Assembly (NCBI GenBank): GCA_964106915.2
Contig: OZ066921.1
Length of the DNA: 64,000 bases
Reading direction: 5' to 3' (one strand)
Source of the DNA: Podarcis gaigeae
Lineage: Eukaryota
The position numbers were made by a program, and so were the translations under genes. The notes under the pieces are model-generated. The model ran no database searches and was not told where the DNA came from. It saw only the letters and a list, made by a program, of their open reading frames with translations. Position 1 is the stretch's first letter, and each line of letters opens with the position of its first letter. Shown here one piece after another: positions 53,403-64,000 of this stretch.

Positions 53403-53716
53403 TTACAGAGGAACAGATCCAATTAATGGATAAAGATGAAGCTTATGGTAACAAATATTGCTATTTCCAGAAACTTCCAAGAAATTCCCATTTGAAGACC
53501 TTAAAAGAAAAAGAAAACGATTTTTAAAATGTTGTAAATTACTCTGTGGAGGAGTGGAGTCCATGATTTCATAATCACCAGAACAAGCTGTGCATACCCA
53601 ACTTCACAATGTCTGGAAACAAAGGAAGGTTTTCAAACAAAAAGACCTAACATTTTCTGCTAGTTTACAAGCCTGGAAGCAGCCATTCTATGACTGGTAC
53701 CTTCGGCACTATCTCA

Positions 53717-53923
<207 letters not shown>

Positions 53924-55156
53924 TCACAATCAAGGCCAACACACCAAGGGCCAAGCTAGACACCAGGGCCGGCCCTACTATTGGGCAGAGCAAGGCAACT
54001 GCCTCGAGGTGGCAGACACCAGTGGGAAGCAGCAGGAGTTCCTGGGCATTCCTCCCAAGTCCTGGGACCCTCGCTTTGTCCTATGGCCTCTCATCAGGTG
54101 GAGAAGACTACCACCCCACCAGCATGGGTTATTCAAAATGTGTACCAGAAATTGGTTCGCTTACAAATACATTTATTCTACCTTCCCCTGTTTCTACCCC
54201 TGCAATGACTGCAATGTGCTCCCCATTCAACCTGCAAAGCCTAAATGATTTACAAATATAATTGCTTTTTTGATGTAAAAAAGGTAGCCTTGTCTCTGAA
54301 TTCACATCTGTAAGAGAGGATCGGCTTTGTGTTGAAGAGTGAGGCAGGATTGGCCTCTTGTCAAGAGCAAGGCATTGCCAGTTAGAGCATGGATTAAGTG
54401 TTAATGTTAAAATGACTGTAAACGCTTCCCTGGAAAGGAGTGGAAAGGATCAAAGAGAAACTGCAATGTAAAACTGAGACTTCCCTGTGCAGAACTGTCA
54501 GACACTGGAGCACTGTGTGGGAGCCTCAAAGGATGCACACTTACAACCCAACACGGGAGAAAATCACACAGTATGTCAGTCAGCAATAACATAAATCAAC
54601 TGGGAAGGATAGGGCTCTCCCACACAACACTGTCCCTCCCTGCACCACCACTGGTGCAAAGTGGACTTCTGAACCCCACACCATGCAACACTTCTAATGG
54701 TGGTCCTGGCTTGTGTCAAGAAACTGTGCTTTAAGGCGACCTGATTCCCTCCCTCCTCCACCCCTATTTCAAATGTAGCAAAAACCTGCAGAAAGTGAAA
54801 GCTTCCCATCTCTTCCTTGTGGACCCTCCAGAGAAGGGGAGGGGGAGCAGGGAATATGTGAGCCCAAGGCTAGTTTATGGTCACTTATGTAATGCTAAAT
54901 GGTGCATTATATCCAAAATGAGCCATTTTCTGCCTTCATGCCAAGAGCTCTTTAATATTTCAAGGATCATATAAGAAGGGAAATCAGCATTAAGGAACTC
55001 ATAAATCAATGACACTGGTTTCTGCGTAATGTATTTAGGATTGGCACAGAAGAAGAAAACAAATGTATTGATAATTGTCTCCTTGGAGAGTGCCTGTCTC
55101 TTTTCTGGCCTGCAAAAGAGGAAGGCACAGTGGTTTGTAAAAGCTCAGGCTTGGGT

Positions 55157-55297
55157 AGAATCAAAGAACTGTAAAGTTGGAAGGGACCCGAGGATCATCC
55201 AGTCCAACCCCTTACAAGGCAGGAATCTTTTGCCCAATGTGGGACTCAAACCCATGTCCCTGAGATTAAGAGTCTCAATGTTTACCAACCGAGCTAT
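55157..55297 (-). mobile_element. tRNA-Lys(CTT)-derived SINE with CR1-like tail
   Basis: Reverse-complement homolog of 33549-33673. Confidence 0.8.
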
Positions 55298-56588
55298 ATT
55301 TTTTAAGAAAATGCTTTCTGCCTGCTCTGTCCAACACAGGAACTGTGTCTGCTTTGGGTCTTTTTCTTTTTGTCACTACCGACATCACTGAGATCTTGGA
55401 GGGAGAAAAATTTGCTTAGGGGTGGACAAACCAGGCTTTTGCTGCATTCAAAAACTAATATCTGAATGGGCCTGTCAATGTGCACCCAATACATTTACAG
55501 TACTTTGAAACTTGAGGACAGAGGTTCTTTTCATTGCTCCCAAAGGCACTTGAAAGCAAGATGTGTCTTAGAAAGTCTCTGGAGGGATTCAGCCAGGAAT
55601 GTTAATACTAATGACAATAGCAGTTCAGCTGTAAGGTCTGAAGCCCATGGAGTCTGTCCTGCTAGGCCATGGGGGGACAAAGACCTCCAGTTCTCACCAA
55701 AAAACTCCAAAAACATTTATGATTTATGCCTTTTCCAGCAGTTCCCAAAACTGAAGGGGCACCCCCAGAACTGATTGCTGTTGTTTTAGTGGTGTGGTGT
55801 GGTGTGTTTTCTTAAACAGCCAGGATAACTACCTGGACACAGTTACCAAAAGCCGGTGCAAAGAGTCCCCATTCTCTGGAGGAGGATGGCTGGATTCCCC
55901 CATGTCCCCTTAGAAGGATTTGGAACATGGGTTTCTACATTATTCATTTAGATGTAATTGTTGCAGTATGAAGAGTGCTGCATAATTCTTCTTGGGCCAT
56001 ATTGCTTTTTTGCCTTTGCAATGCAACTCATTCTGCATTGGAGACGGGAACCTCAAGCTAGGGGCCAAATGCAGCAATCCAAACCTCCCTATCTGGCCCT
56101 CAGAAGTCACCCCAGCCACATCCCCCACCAGCCCTGCTCTGTACCCCACATTTTGCTCGGCTGGAAGGTGCCCTTGAACTGGATGCTAGTCCATTATCAA
56201 GGGCTGAAGTGTGTTTGTGTGCAGAAACTAGGCTACAGTACAACATTTACATTCAATGTTCCCCTAACCCTAACCCCACCCACCCACCTCTGGCACATGG
56301 CCCTCAGAATGTTGCCCAGAAGAGAATGTGGGCCTCTGGTTGATAATGGTTCCCCAGGTCTGCCTTGAAACTGCTTTTAAAACTCACAAAAGCCAGTTGT
56401 AATCCCTTGCAACACAGACACACCCAACTCAAGGTTTTTGAGGTGTTTGGGGGACACCTCAACTTCACTTTATTCAAAAACATCACCCAAAATATCTGGT
56501 CCTTGGCAGCATGGGACACGGACAGAGTGTGATCTTGCTGCAAAACACTGATATTTGCATCTCTCAAAGGGGGAGTTCATTGATGCTA

Positions 56589-56729
<141 letters not shown>

Positions 56730-58369
56730 TTATACAATTACCCCAGCTCAGCTGCCTCAAATCAGCACCAGGTAACGTAGCATTAGGAGGAGAGAGGAAG
56801 TCTTTCCCCTTAGGCTATAAATCACAGGCACGCAATGTGTCTTGCAGGGCCCTCCCAGTGCTACAGTTTGAATGAATAAGAAATGAAGGCCTGTAAATCT
56901 TAAAACATCTAAGCACAGGGTAAACAGTAGCATCCACAGATGGTCTGAATTCCCCAAAGCAACAAATATTATTGGCTCAAAACGGTCTCTTGGTGCTCAC
57001 ACCGGAATGCAAATCCTCAACAACTTTGGCAGGGTTGCCAGGGACTGTAGTGGTTGGACTTGCACTCTCTACCTCCTCACTGTAGTGGGTTTTGTCAGTG
57101 GGCTCCCCAACTGGGGTGTGGACACACCCCAGCAGATGCCCAACCAGGCCAACTCTTGGAACCAGTCCTGTATTTAAAGGGCTCCCCAACAGCCATGGCC
57201 CAAACTAAATGATACTAGAGAGAACGTGACTAATCTCTTAGAGTTTAAGCTGCTGAAAAGCAGCAATGGAGGCTGCAGTCAGGAACAGAAGAGCAGCAGG
57301 CAAGAGGGTCTCTATTAAACCCTTTTCCTTTGCTACTATTGTCTGCAATGCCATCCCAGGCAGCCTTCAGTTGGAGATGTGTTCTTGAACTGATGAGCAT
57401 TCACAAGATAAATCCTAGGGAACTAGAGGGTGGGGGAATACATGAAGAGCAGAGGCATCTCAGAGGGAAAAAATATGCAATGCAGATCAAAAAAAGCACC
57501 AGGCAGTACGCTTATGGAAGGAGCCATCGACCTTGACTTGCACCACCCTGAAAACAAACTGTCTCTCCTCAGAGTTCTAGGGCTCTCTCTCTCTTTCAAC
57601 AGGCCTTTCAGAGCTTTGCCTCTTCAAGGGTTGCTTGTTTTCAGTCCGTTTACATACTTTATTTATAGATGCACAGGGGTTTCTCAGAAGTCCATGCAGG
57701 GTGTGAATCTCTGTTGGTACAGGGACCGATTATTTGGTTTATGCATTAATTCAAAGTCTTTTTTATATCATCCTTCACTCACAATCTGAGGGAGGATTAC
57801 AAAAATAAAACCCTAAAAAGGAAATATCTTTTTTTAAATGTAAAATAAAAGCTATGAAATCATACCGGCAACATAAAACAGTCAGCAGGATTAAAGTTGC
57901 ATCAGTAAAGCTCAGGAAAATAAAAGGTTATTTCTGGCAACTAAAAGGAGTACTGGGTAGGAACTAGAGGCTAATCAACTAAAGGAGGATTTGTGCCCTC
58001 CAAGAGAAAGGAAAAGGCTATTTCAGACTCTTTGCTTCCATTTCCTTTGGCAAGTTTCTAGACCTCATGGTATGCAGGCAGGGTAGACAGTTAGAAGGTA
58101 AATGAACAGGTCTGGGAAAGGAGAGAATTTGTGTGCCTTATTAAAATTGCTGGCTCCTACACTCCTTTCCTCTACCTCTACTGCATCCCAAGCACAGTTG
58201 CCAACTGTTCAGCATTGGCTGAAAAGCCATTTTGTGTCTGTGCGTTGTCTCTGCTACACAACACTGGAGGACCGGGCTCCTGCCTTGCATTCAACACTGT
58301 GCAGTGCAATGTCAAAACAAGCATTTGTAGCATCACCTAACTGGCTACATGTTGCATCCATATGAATTA

Positions 58370-58510
<141 letters not shown>

Positions 58511-59742
58511 TCATTCTTCACACATTATATGTTTGAGCCCCCAAAGATGAAGAAAAACATAGCTTGTGGAAAAACACAGCTACAGGGAAGGGAGAGGGAT
58601 GGGATGGCAGAATTTCATTTGCTCTGCTGAAACACCAGCACACTTTGGCTCTTCTGTTCCTTATATTTTCCCCCATTCCAGCTGCTCATCAGAGGATTTT
58701 TGTAACCAATAAATCATGCCTGAGTTTTTTTTCTTTCCTCCTCCCTCCCAATCCCTTTTCTTTTTGTGTCATATGTTTTAGGTTCTAAATCTGAGGATAA
58801 GGACTGTCTTATCACTGGAATTTGCAAGCTGCTCTGAGAGTGTTTTTTTCTGGCTGAAGAGCAGTGTGGGAATGCTTTAATTAAATAATCATTCCATCTA
58901 CTCCCAATGTTCAGGTGTGAGTGCTGTTGCTGCCTATGTAACCAAAACAACAGCAGCCATACAGAGCAGAGAGGTTTCTGACAGGATTGAGGGAACCAAA
59001 GCTAAAACCTCTTTTATTTGAAAGGGGGGGGGGACACTTTTGGGGCGTTGGGAATCCAAAAACAGTCTAAGGCGGAGTGAGTTTGCTCAGTGTCCACAGA
59101 ATGCTGGCAAACTGCTGCAGGAAAACCCTGGAAAACTGGATGGCAGGAGAAATGGAACAGAACAAACTGGTGCGCTGCAGACACTTTGGATTAGAATTCC
59201 CATCAGCCCTAACCATTGGCCATGCTGGCAAAGGCTGATGCCAACTATTGTCCAAAACATCTGGAGGGTAGATTCTGAAAAAAGAAAGAAAGAAAATAGC
59301 GCTTGCACATTTTAGGGTCTACAAATGTTAGAAATGCACTTTTAAAAAAGAAAGAAAGAAAACTGGGGACCTGGTGATTATCCAAGGAGGGGCAACTGCT
59401 CCCCCCTTGCAGCTGCTCACGTCAGTGGGGGTGTCTCTTCTCTGGTCCCCCCACTCAGATCTTGCTTAGGGGGGGAAATGACATTGACCACAACTGGAAA
59501 TAGCTCTACCCTTTGGGCTGCTGTTTACTCTCCAGCACGATCTGAATAAAAAGCAGTGAGTCAGAAAGAGCCTTTGTTGGTGGAGAGAGCACAAGACGAG
59601 TTGGTTAATTGCGCCTCTTCTTTCCTCATTAGTGTCATGCGGATGCAGGCCCCGAAGTGAAAAAGCAAAAGCTGCACGGGGCCGGAGTATATGATAGGAC
59701 TAAGTCTACAGACTCCTTGAATCTTAACTTGGTCTTCTATGG

Positions 59743-60131
59743 ATGCATGCAGAGCAGGTGACCAAGATGATCAAGGACCTCAAGGTTCCCTTTGAGGAAC
59801 GGCTGAGGGAGATGGGGATGTTAAGCCTGGAGAAGAGAAGACTGATCAGTGATGTGATGGTCAACTTCAAATATCTAAAGAGCTGTCCCATGGAAGATGG
59901 AGCAAGCTTGTTTTCTGCTGCTCAAAAGGGTAGGACCCCAACAAATGGATTCAAATGGCAAGAAAGGGGATTCCGATTAAACATTAGGAACGTCCTTCCA
60001 TCAGTAAGAGCTGTTTGGCAATGGAAAAGACTCCCTCAGAAGGTGGAGGACTCTCCTTCATTGGAGGTTTTTAAATGGGGATTGGATGGCCATCTGTCAA
60101 GGATTCTATAGTTTCAATTCTATGATTCTAT
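59743..60131 (+). mobile_element. CR1 LINE 3' fragment
   Basis: ORF EERLREMGMLSLEKRRL...FKYLK...RAVWQWKRLP...SLEVFK is the CR1 ORF2 C-terminus; ends in an ATTCTATG tail. Confidence 0.9.
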
Positions 60132-63100
60132 GCAGTCCAGCTTTTACCCCTATCTCTTGGGAAAGCGCAGTGTGTGTGTGTGCTTTCTGCATCTTTGGCA
60201 GGCTGATTCAGGAGAGCCAGCAGAGAAATGACCACAGCACTTGCTCAAAAATCCAAATGTACGTTGCTTTGAAGTTGAGCAACAAGGTTGCCCAACTGCC
60301 TTGCTGTCGATGGCATGGGACTGGCTTTCCAGAGTCACCAGATTCCTGGGACCGTGATCTAGTGTTGAGCATCCTGGTTTGAACTGCCTGCAGTTCCATC
60401 CTCCAGCCAGCAGCTCTGCTAATCTGAGCAATAGGGTGCCCATGTGCAACGAGTGGGGATCCCTGTCTCAGAGCCTGGTGCTGAGAGACGTCTGTCACTG
60501 GCCTCCCTGTGGCTGCTCTGCTTTGGGGTTTATTTTGCATGAACAGGTGCTGAAAGGAACATAGGAGTGAGAGGCGGTTCCAGGCACTGTGGGTGGAAGA
60601 GAAGAAGATGCCAAGGCTGCTTTTTCTTTTTTGCAAATGTTCTTCATACTCTTTCTCTCTCTCTCTCCTCCTGAGCACAATGGCTGGATGTCAGTGCTTG
60701 CAGCCAGAACAGAGGTTGAGTCCAGCATTTTAATTTTTCCACACAGGAGCCTTATTTTCAGCTGAATAAGGGCTGAGGGCCCAGCAACATGGATTTCATC
60801 AAACCAGGTGCCCTCCACATGTTCTGGATTATAGCTTCCATCACTGGCATTTCTGGTCCAGGAATTCAGTAGATTTAGCCTAGGCTAGAGCACAGAATTC
60901 TGGGAACACAGGTGCAACCGCAAAGTGAAAAAATGTGAGATAATAGAAGACTTGTAGAGTTGGAAGGGACCCCAAGGGACATGGAGTCCAATCTCCTGCA
61001 GTGCAGGAAAAGCACCTTGGAAAAGCACATGGAGTCAAGAGAGGAAAGGGGGAAAGAATGTCACTTTCCTCTTCCAGGTTTATGGAAGTGGCAAAAATGG
61101 GGAGAGCAATAGCTGCGGCTCTGTGTTCCGGACACACAAAATTCACAGGTTTCTGTGTGAACACACAGACGTTCTCCATCCAGGCAGGCAAGAAGCATCA
61201 TCCCCAGATCAAGCACACAGTCCAGCTGGGCAAAAGCACTCAGGAAGAGGGCAGGGCAGGGCTGGGGAGAAGGGGCAGTGCCTGAGGAAGAGCCTCCCTT
61301 AAGGCCAGGAGGGCCCACATTCAGGCCTCAGGCTCCCCTTCTCCCCCCGGCACAGAGAAAGAAAGACTACGTTTCTCATTCTGTGGGAGGAAGACAGCTC
61401 CCTCTGAGCAGAGGCAAGCGGCTGCCAGCACAGAAAGCGCATCCTGCACTGGAGGAGGAGGGGGCTGCCTTGCCAGCCTCATCCGGCTGGCCTCGGCGAC
61501 GCTTGCTTCATGCACAACTCGAGCCACCTACATGTGCTGGCATTCGGTTAGCCCCACTGCCTCGTTCCAGCATGAAGCGTCTCCAGGGAGTTTGCCATTT
61601 TGCTGCCCTCGAACGGTTAAACCTCCCCTCCCTCCACCTTTTCTCCTGGCACAGCAACACCAAACCACCAGCCCAATGGGACCCAGCTGCATCCTCCTGC
61701 CTTCTGTGTAGGTCTCAGCTGTTTCCCTCCTTTTTTTAAAAAAAAAAAGCCCCTCACATTTCCTGTAAAATCTAGTCTGCCTGGTACAGATATTTGGTCT
61801 GTGTCTAGTTAGTATGCCCCTTGGAGGCCTGTCCTTTTAATTCCTCGCAAAGCACAATTTACAACAATTTTATTTATTCATTCATTGCATTTATATCCCA
61901 CCTTTCCCCCCAAGGAGCTCAAAATGGTTTGCATAGTTTTCTTCCTGCCTGTTTTATCCTCACAACAGCCCTGCGAGCAGCCAGTTTTGAACACGGAGTG
62001 TTCAAGTTACACCGCTCCACTCTCTAAATCCACTGTCAGTTTCCTTGCATAGATTTCCTGCTTGATTGGTGACTGGCTGAGTGCATGGGGAGGGCAAGCA
62101 CAGATGAAGATGCCTTCAGCAGATCCCATGGCATTAAAATCAAGCACACCTGATCAGCAGAGGGAGGTGATAGCCCACCATGGTGCAGCCAAATCAGAGG
62201 AGACTGTAATTTGCATCATAAAGCAGCTGCTGTCACCAGCCCATCAAACTGAAAAGGCAAGCCCTGAGCTCAACCTCTTTCTCCACAGCGGTTTTGAGTG
62301 CTAGGAACAACAGCCTTCTCCAACTTGATGACCTCCAGATATTGTTGGACTATAGCTCCTACCATTGCTGACCACTGGCTGAGGCTGAAGGGAGTTGCAG
62401 TCCATCAACATCTGCAGGGCCACAGGCTCCTGACTCATGGGCCAGGATAGCTGGTAGACATTTTATCAATGGGCGTCAATGTCTCACAATTAGGAAGTCC
62501 TTAGAGATCACTCTCCAGGGTGCTGGGCTGGAGGGTGCCTCCACACAGAAGCCTGCTGCCAATACCTTTTCCTTCTCACTCCACTTTAATCATAATCTGG
62601 GCTGGTGTGGCATCTTTTAGATATTTCTGAGTTTTATGTACAGATATCCAATGTACCCCATCCACACCAGTGGGAGTTGCATGGCCAAATGCTCCTAAGA
62701 ACATAAGATGAGCCTGCTGGATCAGGCTAGTGGCCCATTTAGTCCAGCATCTCCTCCTATAACTATTTTGCCAAGCTATGTAAATATATATATATTTGTT
62801 CCTATGGTGGAGTGGGGGGGGGGGAGGAACCACCCACATCAATGAGTATGCTTAAAGCAGCCTGTAACACAGGAAGTAGCGATATTTTTATTTTTTTCTC
62901 CATTTTAATGATGGTCCATCTGGCTGTTTTAATTTGAAGGAGCTGGACGATGTCTGTTTTTCTATCTCTGTTGGGCAGACAATATTAATGGGGCCTTAAT
63001 TATGTGGATTGCTGCTCACAATTTTTGCCTTGCAGGGATTCAGCAGCCAAACTCAGGGCCAGCCTTACCATTGGGCTGAGTGCGACAGCTGCCTCAGGTG

Positions 63101-64000
63101 GCACATCCTGAGTGGCAGTGAGGGTTTGGAAGGCAGAGGTTGTGTGGACCGTATGCACCCTCTTGAACTAACCTGCTGTCCTCACTTGGACGCTGTCCCA
63201 TCACCAGTGCTGAAATAAGAGTCAAATGCTAGCCCAGTTAGCTTTTGTGTGTGGAATGTGTTTGTGTGTGTGATCTTGGCCTTTGCCTTAAGCAACGAAG
63301 TGTGCTTGGCCAATCCTATCCAAGCTCTTCCTTCTCTCCTGCACTAGAAAAATGTATGCACAATTGCATACATCAAAGCATACATCAGGAAACACAACAA
63401 CTGAGCATCCTGCTGTTTCCATTTCAAGATGAAAATATTCTCTGGTGAGTGCCTTCTTGGTCAACATGCATGAAATCATAGAACTGTGGAATTGGAAGGG
63501 ACTCCAAGGGCCATCTAGACTGATCCCCTGCAATGCAGGAATCACAGCTAGAGAATCCTCAGTGACAGAGCATCTGTTTTGCATGCAGAAGGGCCCAAGT
63601 TTTGACCCCTTTGCATCTCCAAGGTAAGGTTAGGAGAAGCATCTGTCTGCGACCCCAGAGAACCAGTGCCAGTCACCGTGAACAGTACTGATGGACCAAT
63701 GGTCTGATTTGGTAGAAGGCACCTTCTTATGTTCTCCCATATATTCATGGGCAATTTGTGTGATTGTTCTTGTTTAGCTCCAGCTTGGACTGGTTGTAAG
63801 GAAGAAGGCAGGTATCCAGAGACTGGCTGTGGGCAGACTGAGGTTGTTTAGGGCAATTCCCCATTTGACATCATAGACCAGCCTCCTCTGCCCACACATC
63901 TCAGCAAGCTGGTGACAATACACCAAGATTACTGCAGTGAAGGAAATTCAAGCAACGCCATTGTTCACTTTAGATTCAACTTTGCTCAGCAGGAACAAGG

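Noticed and set aside
56262-56276. Telomere-like CCCTAACCCTAACCC
   Set aside because: Only two and a half units; compatible with chance.
61280-61700. Possible alternative CPNE2 first exon or 153-aa ORF in a mildly CpG-rich patch
   Set aside because: No convincing donor in the needed orientation and no protein similarity; cannot be supported without transcript data.

Overview
Vertebrate genomic DNA, most likely a lacertid lizard, judged from a full-length Sauria SINE and the squamate-type CR1/L2/Penelope/MITE repertoire. The species cannot be fixed from this window. The window holds three spliced protein-coding genes in the order seen in other amniotes. (1) The 5' part of RSPRY1 (minus strand: a probable non-coding first exon at ~18.4-18.6 kb and coding exons at 5844-6190 and 1725-1777; the gene continues left of the window). 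(2) The complete PSME3IP1/FAM192A/NIP30 CDS (plus strand, 6 coding exons, 21475-29104, 257 aa), head-to-head with RSPRY1 across a CpG-island bidirectional promoter. (3) The 3' 12 coding exons of CPNE2 (minus strand, 58486-31090, 403 aa), tail-to-tail with PSME3IP1. Introns are filled with TA-flanked Tc1/mariner-type MITEs, hAT MITEs, SINEs, CR1/L1/L2 fragments, a probable solo LTR and a Penelope terminus. The most notable observations: a U12-type AT-AC intron in PSME3IP1 with a possible competing U2 splice pair; a minimal hammerhead ribozyme motif in sense orientation in PSME3IP1 intron 1; two RSPRY1 uORFs that both stop exactly at the weak first ATG, upstream of a strong-context MGNSCVC start; an overlapping uORF in PSME3IP1; and an inverted MITE pair bracketing a frame-preserving 759-nt CPNE2 exon block. 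I see no wholly new gene system. The novel items are regulatory hypotheses that need testing. Exon numbering follows the human genes from memory.
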